A stretch of 33,899 nucleotides of DNA. Origin: Octopus bimaculoides (taxonomy: Eukaryota). The translations under genes were made by a program, and so were the position numbers. Shown here piece after piece: positions 12,400 to 22,765 of the stretch (within the stretch, counting starts at the first letter, position 1; each line of letters begins with the position of its first letter). The stretch spans positions 29,242,636-29,276,534 of the forward strand of contig NC_068987.1 in the NCBI RefSeq assembly GCF_001194135.2. Direction: 5' to 3'. The notes beneath the pieces are model-generated. The model made no database searches. It worked only from the letters and a program-made list of their open reading frames with translations, and had not been told where the DNA came from.

Positions 12400-13140
12400 A
12401 TTTCTATTACTCTTACATTCTTCTTTACATGATATTTTCGAAATCGTACAGAGAATATTTTACAATTTTTCTAGTTGCAATAGCACCCTGCCTACATGTT
12501 TTCATGGCACATATCTTTTTGGTTGTTTATTCTAAATGCAATCATTCTCTGTATTGTTCTGATGTCTAATCATGCTAATTCATTTAGTGTGTCCAATTGA
12601 GAATATTAGCTTATTAATGGGACACCTAGAGCACTGTTGCTTGTTACTGTATTGTTTTCACATCGCTATGTTTTAAGTATTAATCAAATACGTCTATGAT
12701 ATTCTTTCGTAGCCTTTTCATTAATTTGTGTGTCTGTTGTACATTGCCAGGTTCATTGATTCCTACTCATTTCTACCTTTTTATATGGTTTAATTCTCTT
12801 ATCTCTGTTTCTTTATCTAGAATGTTATTAGTGTGGTTAATTAATTTTCCTCTCTTCAATTTTCAATTGACCACTTTTCTAAGCCGAATCTCAATCTTAA
12901 CAATTCGTCTTGTGAATCCGGCTAATGCCTTTGTGTTTCCAGCGGTCGGCGGACAAAATACATTACAGTCTTCTGCCCATTCATATTCTGAATTCACATC
13001 CCACCCAGGTCAGCTTTGCTTTTAATCCATTTGGAATTGATAAAATACAGTACTTGCCAATTATTAAGAATCTTTCTTCTTTTGCATTTTGATAATTTTT
13101 TACACAAAACTCCCGGATGCATTTTCATGTTCCAGCAGTT
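12400..13140 (-). mobile_element. Old R4/Dong-like retrotransposon fragment (C-terminal RT region)
   Basis: Minus strand gives FGLEK (12874-12889), then KLKRGKL...IREL...VGINE...LMKRLRKEYHRRI*LILKT...SALGVPLIS, matching the post-YMDD region of RLE-type elements; its 5' side abuts (ATT)n at 13146. Confidence 0.65.
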
Positions 13141-13144
13141 AAGT

Positions 13145-13145
<1 letters not shown>

Positions 13146-13212
<67 letters not shown>

Positions 13213-13261
13213 GTTGTTGTTGTTGCTGTTGTTGTTGTTGTTGTTGTTATTACTATTATTA
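13146..13261. repeat. (ATT)n-(GTT)n compound microsatellite
   Basis: Direct reading. Confidence 0.95.
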
Positions 13262-13267
13262 CAATTC

Positions 13268-13821
13268 ACCGAGACAGCAGTGCATGCCATCAAATTGACA
13301 CTGGTGTAAAATATGCGAAGCTCAGTATACCCATCAGGACTACTCGTAAAGCAAGGGTACGTTAGGCATATGCACCGCCACCACATGTGCGCGACATAGT
13401 GATCTCATATCAGGGTAAACAGCGCAGGATCTTGTAGCTGGAGCCCAGTTGGAATTTTCTTCAGATGGAGTAGACCATCCTCCTCAAAAGGTCCCTGAAT
13501 AAGGTTTGTTTAAGGATGTTGAGCAAAACACCCATGTTTCCAAAGGTGAATAATACAAACCCCAAAGAACTCCTCTCAACACATGGCTATGATGCTCCCC
13601 CACTACATCTGTTCATGATCAGAGATGCACATATCGTCAGCCACCAAGGGACATGCTCAACTGGTTAAGGTCAAACAACTGACAAGCAAATCTGTGTTAT
13701 TGCTTAGAATATTTGCTGCAGCCCATCTTTTATACCAAGACAAAACAATGTACTTGGTAACACTTCCAATCAGTTAAGATCTGAAGCTATGAGAGCTACT
13801 GCCTGGTACTGCATCAAGGCA
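13268..13821. mobile_element. ~560 bp non-coding interspersed element, copy 1, flanked by (ATT)n
   Basis: Aligns end to end with 13884-14448 (gcatgccatcaaattgacactgg ... ggtactgcatcaagg); no ORF recognised; no clear A/B boxes. Confidence 0.85.
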
Positions 13822-13883
13822 TTTATAATAATTATTATTATGATTGTTGTTGTTGTTATTATTATTATTATCATTATTATTAT

Positions 13884-14448
13884 TGAGTGAGAGAGAAATC
13901 AGCGCATGCCATCAAATTGACACTGGGGTACAAATATACAAAGCCCAATATACCCATCATGACAACCCATCTGATAAGAGTATACCAAGCATATATATTA
14001 CCACCATATGTGCGTGATGTGGTGATTTCATATCGAGATAAACAGCTCATGACATTCCAGGTGGAGCCCAGTAGTAAAATTGTTTCGGGTCGAGTAGCCC
14101 ATCTTGCTCAAAAGGTCCCTGAATAAGGTATGTTCAAAGATGATGAACGAAACACCCATGTTTCCAGAGATTAATTATTCAAACCCCAAATAATTACTAT
14201 CAACATATGGCTATGAAGCTCTCCCACTACTTCTGCTCATGATCAGAGATACACTAATTTTCAGCCGCCACTAAGGGAAATGCTCAACTGGTTAATGTCA
14301 AGCGACTGAGAAGCAAATCTGTGGTAATGAGCAGAATATTTGATGTAGCCCATTTTTTTATACCAAGACAAAACATGTACATGATAACACTTCTAGCCAG
14401 TTAAGATCAAAAGCAGTGAGATCCACTACCAGGTACTGCATCAAGGTA
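13884..14448. mobile_element. ~560 bp non-coding interspersed element, copy 2, flanked by (ATT)n/(ATC)n
   Basis: Direct repeat of 13268-13821, roughly 80-85% identical by eye; separated by ~62 nt of ATT/GTT repeat. Confidence 0.85.
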
Positions 14449-14509
14449 TTTATAATTATTATTATTATCATCATCATAATCGTCATCATCATCATCATCA
14501 TCATCATTA

Positions 14510-16150
14510 TTTTTTATGTTATTATATCACTGTTTAATATTTGGTAGATTGAAGCAAATTTCTATTGCATAGCCTCCTACACCTCTATTTTGGTGGGGTG
14601 TCTGCAGCATTGTGTGTTCTTTTCTGCTGTTGGGAATATACGGACTCTTCCCGGAACTGTATTGTGTTAGTTTTTCTTCCTTGAGGTGTGGTGCTGTCTT
14701 TTGTTGTGTTCTTGCATGTTTGTGTGTTGAGTAATTCTTTGGTTTATTTTACTGGGTAAGTGTTGGATAGAGTGCGTCTTGTATTTATGGGTTGTTGTTT
14801 TAGGTTGTATTATCGAATTGACAGTGTTTTGCGTAGGATGTGCGCTGTTCCTAGCAGGGCTATTTTTTGGACAGTGTGTAGTGTTCAGTATCCAGGTATA
14901 GATTTTACATTTTTGTTCATATGATCTTTTATCACGCCCAAGGCTCCAATTATTATTGGTATTGTTTTACCTTCCTGCCTCACATTTTGAATACTTCAAT
15001 TTCAAAGGCTTTGTACTTCGACAATTTTTCCACTTCTTTTTTGACAATATTTTGATCAGAAAGGACTGCAATGTTTATCAGTAAGCTGATGTTTTTTCCC
15101 TAATCCTTGATCATTATGTCTGGTCGATTAGCTTTTATCTCTTTGTCTGTTTGAACCGGCATATCCCAGATGACTTTGGCCTGATCCTTGTCTTTTACTT
15201 TGCCTGGCTAATCCTTATACCACCTGCTGTCAGTTTTGATGCTCTAATATTGGCATGTTGTCTAGTGGATATAACTGCTTACTTTGTCGTGTCTGTATGC
15301 ACATTCAGACTTGGCAAGGCTTGGCCAGCCGGAAATGATGTGGCCAAGTGTGTGACTGTGCTGGTTGCACATTCTGCTTTTGGTGTCGAGGCCTGTTTCC
15401 ATTCTTTGTTTTCATAATTATTGGACTTTTGTAGCGAGAATCAGTCCTTCCGTTTCGACTTTTAGTCCAGAGCTTTTTATCCATTGTTAGCTTTTACTTA
15501 GGCTCAATTCCTCTCTGTCAATCCTTAAATGATACTGGTCATCAAGTGATTTTGCTCTCAGTTCCTACTTTAGTATCTTTTGTGATTCAGTTTTGATGTT
15601 GTGTTTTGTCTCTCTACCTTATTTGTGTGAAGAGATTCCAGTATCCATGAATGCGGAACACTGTCGAATGCTTTCTGGTAATCTATCCAAGTCATGTTGA
15701 GGTTTGTCTTTCTCCTCTTCCAGTCATTTGTAATTGCTCGGTTTATCAGAAGATACTCCTTACAGTCATACATTCCTCTCCGGCACCCTTTTTATACTTC
15801 TGGTAAGACATTGTTGTTTTGCAGGTACTTTATAAGCTGCTTACAGATGACTGATATTAGGGTTTCGTAAGATATTCATAGGCCTGTTATTGGTCTCTAA
15901 TTTTGTGGGTATTCGGTATCTTTATTTTGGGGAATTAGGGTATGCCCTTCCAGCTACTAGTTTGGTGTTAATTCTGGCACACTTGTCAATAAATTGAACG
16001 CTGCCACTAGGTGGTTACGGGTACTGGTGAGGTGTTTCAACCAGAAGTTGGGGACCTTATCTATGCTTGGAGTTTTTCAGTTGCTGGTACGTCTCAGTGT
16101 GTCCATGATCTCTGAGCATTTTTGTTGTGTTATTTTGGTTAATCGCTGAT
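14510..16150 (-). mobile_element. 5'-truncated, internally deleted R4/Dong-like non-LTR retrotransposon (RT + CCHC + RLE), inactivated
   Basis: Minus strand: KTPSIDKVPNFWLKHL...KGCRRGMYDCKEYLLIN...WIDYQKAFDSVPHSWI (RT), then QWIKSSGLKVETEGLILA, SRMCNQHSHTLGHIISGW (zinc knuckle), ANRPDIMIKD...LINIAV...KEVEKLSKYK (PD..D nuclease), TIPIIIGALG...QKIALLGTAHILRKTLSIR* (stop 14810-14812); ~300 nt 3'UTR ending in an ATC/ATT tract; many stops. Confidence 0.9.
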
Positions 16151-16217
16151 AATAATAATAATTATCATTATTAGTATGACTGAATCACTGATCATTATTA
16201 TTATTATTATTATTATT

Positions 16218-16471
16218 GTTCAGTAGTTTTATTATTATAACGTGCTTTCACTTCACTACCGAGCGCAGCTCTGTGCGCCTTGGGTATGTGCTGTGGTTTG
16301 CTGTCGTGCTCTTATGTTTATTGTATTGAAAGTGTTTTGCGTAGAATATGTGCAGTACCCAGTAGTGCAATTTTCTGTATGTTATATATATTCGTAAGTC
16401 CTGGTGTTTTTGTTATGTATTTGTCTGAATATTTTTTTATTATACCTAAGGCACCTACTATGATAGGAATT
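16218..16471 (-). mobile_element. 3' end of a young R4/Dong-like element (second subfamily), continues into the gap
   Basis: 16470-16318 reads IPIIVGALGIIKKYSDKYITKTPGLTNIYNIQKIALLGTAHILRKTLSIQ* with no internal stop; ~100 nt 3'UTR then (TAA)n. Confidence 0.9.
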
Positions 16472-17269
16472 NNNNNNNNNNNNNNNNNNNNNNNNNNNNN
16501 NNNNNNNNNNNNNNNNNNNNNNNNNNNNNNNNNNNNNNNNNNNNNNNNNNNNNNNNNNNNNNNNNNNNNNNNNNNNNNNNNNNNNNNNNNNNNNNNNNNN
16601 NNNNNNNNNNNNNNNNNNNNNNNNNNNNNNNNNNNNNNNNNNNNNNNNNNNNNNNNNNNNNNNNNNNNNNNNNNNNNNNNNNNNNNNNNNNNNNNNNNNN
16701 NNNNNNNNNNNNNNNNNNNNNNNNNNNNNNNNNNNNNNNNNNNNNNNNNNNNNNNNNNNNNNNNNNNNNNNNNNNNNNNNNNNNNNNNNNNNNNNNNNNN
16801 NNNNNNNNNNNNNNNNNNNNNNNNNNNNNNNNNNNNNNNNNNNNNNNNNNNNNNNNNNNNNNNNNNNNNNNNNNNNNNNNNNNNNNNNNNNNNNNNNNNN
16901 NNNNNNNNNNNNNNNNNNNNNNNNNNNNNNNNNNNNNNNNNNNNNNNNNNNNNNNNNNNNNNNNNNNNNNNNNNNNNNNNNNNNNNNNNNNNNNNNNNNN
17001 NNNNNNNNNNNNNNNNNNNNNNNNNNNNNNNNNNNNNNNNNNNNNNNNNNNNNNNNNNNNNNNNNNNNNNNNNNNNATGATTATTATTATTATTATTATT
17101 ATTATTTACTGTTAATCTGCATGTTTGTTACAAACACTCACCGAGACACACCCAGAGTCCAAGAGTGAGTGAAGAATAAGAGAAGTTTCAGTATGACTGA
17201 AAGCTTGGGAAGGGAATGTGGCAGGGGGCAGTTTAACGATAGAGGGGTGCATCGTAAAACCATTTCAAT

Positions 17270-17890
17270 ATTTCTCCATTGTAAGGTTCGTTATATTTTT
17301 GTTATAGTTCTTATATTATTGTTATATTCATGTGTTATTTTCTGAATCCTCTCTTGTACAGCTTATTTGGAATATGATCTGGGGTCACTTTCCTTAGTGG
17401 TGCTTTTAGATTGGAGATGATCGATGGTTTATTTTTAAGTGTTTTAAAATGTAATATAGGGTATGGATTGTATTATAGCAGCGGAAACTACTATGTAGAT
17501 CATACGGGTACTATGGGTAGCATTTGAATAGAGTGTGTTGTCGTTATTGGGTGGAGATTATAACAGGTTTGTGTTGTATTACTATCTGATCATTGCATAG
17601 GTTGTGTATGTTGTGTTCATAGCTGGTGAATGTAGAAAATATATTATTTGTTATTGTGTGTTGATTACAGCAGATTTCTGTCGTGTTATTTATTGAGTTC
17701 TAGGTACATAAACTATGTTATGTTTACAGAGGGTATACTGTTTGGATTATGCTATTGAATGAAGATATCTTACATAAGCTTTGGGCTGTTCGAAAAGCAT
17801 TATATTTGGGATTGTGCTCAATATGTGAGATATTGTATAGTTTGTCTTGATCTTGTTGTTTTTCGTTTTTTCGTATTTTATTTGGCATCG
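17270..17890 (-). mobile_element. Unclassified, probably LINE-derived strand-biased segment
   Basis: A/C-rich on the minus strand like the neighbouring LINE sense strands, but I recognise no motif. Confidence 0.25.
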
Positions 17891-17980
17891 CCGTCTGTTT
17901 ATTATTATTTATTTTTTATTACACGACAATTTTAGTTTGACAGTTTCTCGATCCCTTTGCAGGTCATTTTTTTTTTTCAG

Positions 17981-18014
17981 AAGAGGTTGAAACTGACAGC
18001 GAAAATTTAATTCG
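17981..18014 (+). CDS. Candidate internal exon (34 nt; EEVETDSENLIR)
   Basis: Acceptor poly(T)-cag, donor CG|gtaatt; only one open frame; no homology recognised. Confidence 0.2.
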
Positions 18015-18175
18015 GTAATTAGATTTTCATGCTTTGCCTTGATCTTTTATTCGGTCAACAGTCGCGAGGTCATTGCAATGTACTGTGCTTGATATATTTT
18101 TATACAAGTTGTTATCAGTTTTAAGTTATGACAGAATGTCAATATATTGCACAGAGGTTACAGCCATAGTTGTTT

Positions 18176-18375
18176 GTTATCATCATCATTACAATCATCA
18201 TCATCATCATCATCATCGTCATCATTATCATCACCAACATCATCATTATCAGCAGCAACAGAAGCAGCTTCATTATCATCATCATCGTCATTATTATTGT
18301 TGTTATTATTGTCTTATAATTGTTCAATATCTGGCAGTTTGAGGTAAATTTCTTGTCTCACCTGCTACACCTAAC

Positions 18376-18429
<54 letters not shown>

Positions 18430-18470
18430 CATTATTATTATTATTATCATCATCACCATGATTATTATTA

Positions 18471-18505
<35 letters not shown>
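18176..18505. repeat. (CAT)n/(CAG) tract followed by a long (ATT)n/(ATC)n tract
   Basis: Direct reading; source of the poly-His, poly-Ser and poly-Ile ORFs. Confidence 0.9.
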
Positions 18506-18508
<3 letters not shown>

Positions 18509-18543
18509 TAGTTTTATTTTTATAACGTGCTTTNNNNNNNNNN

Positions 18544-18699
18544 CAGTAGTTTTATTTTTATAACGTGCTTTCACTTCACTACCGAGCGCAGCTCTGTGCG
18601 CCTTGGGTATGTGCTGTGGTTTGCTGTGGTGCTCTTATGTTTACTGTATTGAAAGTGTTTTGCGTAGAATGTGTGCAGTACCCAGTAGTGCAATTTTCT

Positions 18700-18701
<2 letters not shown>
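18544..18701 (-). mobile_element. Severely 5'-truncated copy of the young R4/Dong-like subfamily, embedded in (ATT)n
   Basis: QKIALLGTAHILRKTLSIQ* (stop 18641-18643) plus the same 3'UTR as 16218-16317; 4 substitutions over ~158 nt by eye; ATT repeat at 18701-18770 and, beyond the 10-N gap, to 18505. Confidence 0.9.
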
Positions 18702-18763
<62 letters not shown>

Positions 18764-19012
18764 CATCATTGTTTAGTGATAATAACCACATTGTACCCAC
18801 TACTACTATTACAACAATAATTTGTGTCTTTAAAATAATAGAAATATATTTTAGGCAATATAAATATCTCGTATCCCGAGAGAAGGGAAATTGTAACTTA
18901 ATTATACTAAAGCTGACTCCATGATTTATAGTGAAGTGGCTGCCGCCGGGTAAAATTTATGTTTGTAAAGAACGGAAAACACAATCTTAAGCTTTTTGAA
19001 TTTCCTCACCAG

Positions 19013-19070
19013 CTGCTTTGTTTTGACAAAGGGAAACCAACAAGGATTCCTTGCCAGTGGAATAAGATTG
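19013..19070 (+). CDS. Candidate internal exon (58 nt; CFVLTKGNQQGFLASGIRL in frame with 17981-18014)
   Basis: ttcctcaccag| ... ATTG|gtagga; a 78-nt intron would lead to tatttcag| at 19149. Confidence 0.15.
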
Positions 19071-19278
19071 GTAGGATTTTTCAAAATGACTCGGATGACA
19101 TGTCACTCTGGCCTTATATTTAATAATTATAACTAAATGTTATTTCAGAATGATACCTACGAATGAATATCTGAGCCAAACTGAATTAGTGAAGTATCTG
19201 CTACATCAGCTATGATTGGAATCGTTGAGGTTTTGTCTTATATCTTTTGCTTGTTTCAATCCTTAGACTGAGGCCATA

Positions 19279-19585
19279 CTTATTTTGTAGGCCTGGTTGT
19301 ACTCTATAAAACTCATTTGCCGAACCGCTAGGCTACGAGTGCGGAAACACCACAATGCCAGTTGTCAAGTGATGGCAATGGGGACAAGACCAGACATAAA
19401 GACAGAGGCAATGACACGTGTATACGACTGGCTTCTTTCAGTTTTTCTCTAGCAAATCCATTCACAAAGCTTTGGTCGGCCCAAGGCTATAGTTAAATAT
19501 ATTTGCCCAAGGTTCCACGCTGTGGAACTGAACCCAGAATCATGTGGTTGGGAAGCAACCTCCTTACTACATACACACGACTGCG
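19279..19585 (-). mobile_element. tRNA-derived SINE, family B, near full length with short internal tract
   Basis: ttgccgaaccgctagg...ccagttgtcaagtgatgg...cttctttcagtt...gctttggtcggcccaaggctatag...cccaagg...gaactgaacccagaatcatgtggttgggaagcaac. Confidence 0.9.
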
Positions 19586-20429
19586 AGTATATAAAAAATC
19601 ATGACAAGCGACAAGCAAGGGTATTATGTATTTTTAGCAATTTTGCAAACTGTAATTGGCAAATATGAAATAAAGGACATAAATTTGTTTTTTCTAAGCT
19701 GAGTCTTCACTCGTAATTCCTAGTTCTTATGCTGATTCATCTACTGAAAATTATTTCCATAATGAAGACTAAATATATGCTAAGAGTATATATATATATA
19801 TATTTAACAAAATGTTAAAGCAATAAATGAAGTGAAACATCAGATTTAAGTTGGGTTTTGTTGTTAGTACTCACAAGTGTTCTCAATCAATTTGTTATTT
19901 TATATTTGTATCACATTGGACGGTTAATACTGAAATTACATTTTAATTGTTTTTTTATTGTGTTGTTGGTGCTCAAAGTCGGCCTTAATCCAGGAACTAA
20001 ACCCATTAAGTACTTTTGTTTTGTTTTGATTTCTTCTGACAAAGTCACCTAGAACTATGTCTTTTCAATATCGCCTTCCTATATAAAGTTAAAGTGTTAT
20101 ATCCTGGGTGTTTGGTCACTATTTCTTGTCACTTGAGCTTCAACACAAAGAACTGTTTATTAGCACGTTGAATAACTCTTTGGTTAATAGCTTAGAGAAT
20201 TGCCCCAATGATTTACAAGAGTTAGAAACGTCCAGCTATACAGCAACTAGTATTGTCCCAGCTATATATTGGCCACTGAAAAAAATATTATCGATAAGAT
20301 ATTATAATGTCGCTCGTAGGTGATACTGGTAACAAGAAACTCAACACACTCTGTTGTATAGTCGGGTCGCCTAGTAACCCAGAAATTCCACCAACCTTAT
20401 TAGGTGAAGAAGGTACGTTTTGAACACCA

Positions 20430-21050
20430 CGTTGTATGAAATGCAAAATCTGTTAACGAGCAGATAAACTCAGGAGAGTCAACAGTTATCCACAATTGTG
20501 TGTATGTGCATGACTTAGCCGTATGCAAAAACTGGACTTTCGGTGGATTACACGAGAGAGTATCATCTGTATATTGTCAAGTTTCAATGAACGATAACCA
20601 TTAACGTCGCTGCCGGATGAACCCGTTAGAGTCCAGTAAGACGTACAGATCATTGTTCATACGAATACAGCACTAATATACACCAAGTCGCCCTTGTCAT
20701 TTCGCCACTGGACGAGGACAATCACGGTCAAGAGAGTGAGATTAGTCATCAAGTGGCACCCTCTCATACTATAATCCAATTTCAGTGCAAGTGAGGATTC
20801 AGACATCTTGAAACCATAATCAGATAGTCGACCTTTTGTTGCGTCAGTGAGGATATCTCAATGTCTGCAAAAATGTGATATCACCACTTCCGTTGTTTCA
20901 TCGCTTACAAGTTCAAATATAGACCGGAACAGTCACTAATTACTGGTTGCCCGCATTGATACATTTTACATTGTTCGGATGTATGGGAGGAAGAGGTTCA
21001 AAGTAGATAACAAATGGAGAACAAAAATATCTGAAACTTACTAAGGTTGC
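20430..21050 (+). pseudogene. Possible decayed Tc1/mariner transposase remnant
   Basis: Loose matches in Tc1 order: KNWT, TPS...QSRSR...GTL, LLVARIDT..I..W (like WPARSPDL.PIE.VW); catalytic residues and TIRs not identifiable. Confidence 0.25.
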
Positions 21051-22454
21051 TCAAACTGAGTTCATTCCTCTTTAAGAAAACAGTCGTTGAATAATAATAA
21101 AGATAAATAAATGCTGCTTGTCTCACACCGGTGACTTGGCAGTAACATTAGAGCGGCCGACTAATTATTTTACCGTATTTATTTTTTGACGTTTTTTTTC
21201 CCCATTCTGCGCTCGCATTTCAGAGGACCTGTCTAGAACTTTTGTGGTATATTTCTTTTTTTAATTTCAAGAGTCGAGTCGATAAAATGAGTCCCATTAA
21301 TATACTGTATTAAATTCAATCAATTCTATCTCATTCCCTAGAAAACTTGCTTTGGTGCCAAGTCAAAAATCTATATTGCTTTCTTATTATCTAAAATGTC
21401 TTTGTACTATACAGACAAATATTCTCAATTGTTGCTTTACCGTTATTGCTTATGTAGCATTTACAGCATTTCTCATTATCTTCGTTTTTCTTCATGTTAG
21501 CTTATATATTGTTAGATGTTTGATGCAGCTTTGTTATATTTTTAATAAAAAAATTCCAAGACGCCGACATAAATTCAGAAGAATTTTACAGTAAAGAAAA
21601 CACTCGAAAATAAAACATTTTTAAGTGTTCTCAGTTCTTTAAATCATACATTTTATAGGGATAACTTGAAAAATATTTTGTATCTATAGATTTAGTAGTA
21701 TAAACACAGAGGATCTTAATGTTGTATCAAAAACTGATTTTTTCTTCTTCTTAGCACTACAAAATCAAAAATATTTTGTAAAGTATCTTTGTTCTTTTAT
21801 TTTATTTACTAATATCTTCGCGTTATCACTTGGTTATTATGGATCTTATATACTCAATTACATTCTTTTGCCGATTTCAAATTTCGATTTCTTTTCTCAG
21901 AGCTTTCTGTTATCATTATCATAGATTTTTTCCAAATGAAAATTGAATTCAGATATATTTGCGCATTTTCATATATTTCGCTTTAGCTTTGCTATAACAA
22001 CGCCTATGAATTTGGATCCTCGTGAAACTTACCAGATATACTAATAATTCCTATTTCATTCTTCATGGCAATCCAAAGCAATAAAAGTGACTCAGAAATC
22101 AGGACAGCACAATTGATAATATGTTTTAGAAGACACTGTCTAATATTATATTAATCCAACCTCTTTTATCATAGTGTGGAATTCACGTTAACTATTGATC
22201 AATTTTGTAATTGAGGGTATCCTAAAATCTCTTAACTCTCTAGAAATAGGAGGTAAATATCCTTCCAATCATACGCGTCTAAACAGCACGACATATTTGT
22301 TAATGTAGTCATATATAAATGTACTTTAGCTGAACGTAAGACGGAGTTGTTACTGCTGCAAAATATTTTATTATATCTTCTCGAACAGAGTTGATCTGTA
22401 GCTAACAAACAGCAACAACATAGGTACAGAATTATTCTCTATTTTTCTAATATA

Positions 22455-22590
22455 AACACATGGCCTGGCGGTTTCTACAGAAGACATTAGTCCATTAAAT
22501 CGACCTCAACATTAGACTGATACTTTATTGTATCGACTCCACGATAAGGAAATACCACTGACTATAACGGAATTTAACTTCATAACTTGA
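22455..22590 (-). mobile_element. Degenerate family A SINE fragment
   Basis: aatcgacctcaacattagactgatactttattgtatcgactcc...ggaatttaacttc resembles the antisense family A body. Confidence 0.55.
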
Positions 22591-22689
22591 GGAGCAGAAT
22601 CATACACCAAAAAACATTTTCCGAAATCCTAACGATTTTATCAATCCCCTGTCCTTCAATAAGTTTTTGTAACAGGCACAAACTCTGAA

Positions 22690-22765
22690 TTTGCGTGAGC
22701 GGGGAATGGCCAAAACACATGGCTGGTATTTATTTTGCCGACCCTCAGAACAATGAAATGCAAAT
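22690..22765 (-). mobile_element. Short degenerate family A-like SINE fragment
   Basis: ctggtatttattttgccgaccctcagaacaatgaaatgcaaa resembles ctggtacttattttatcgaccccgaaaggatgaaaggcaaa. Confidence 0.45.

Noticed and set aside
13630-13645. CTGACGA (hammerhead-like core) on the minus strand of the 560 bp element
   Set aside because: No stem II plus GAAA follows, and the motif is not conserved in copy 2.
13268-14448. Two direct repeats read as a TRIM (paired LTRs)
   Set aside because: The spacer is only ATT/GTT microsatellite with no PBS or PPT, and the copies are about 15-20% diverged; independent insertions are more likely.
18073-18347. His-rich and Ser-rich ORFs
   Set aside because: They derive from (CAT)n/(CAG) repeats within an ATT-repeat zone; no domain.
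18506-18533. Apparent extra R4 3' end before the 10-N gap
   Set aside because: It is identical to 18544-18571 across a nominal gap, so most likely an assembly overlap.
21352-21594. Hydrophobic + strand ORF resembling a membrane receptor fragment
   Set aside because: Better explained as the antisense of an A-rich decayed LINE RT; adjacent frames are full of stops.
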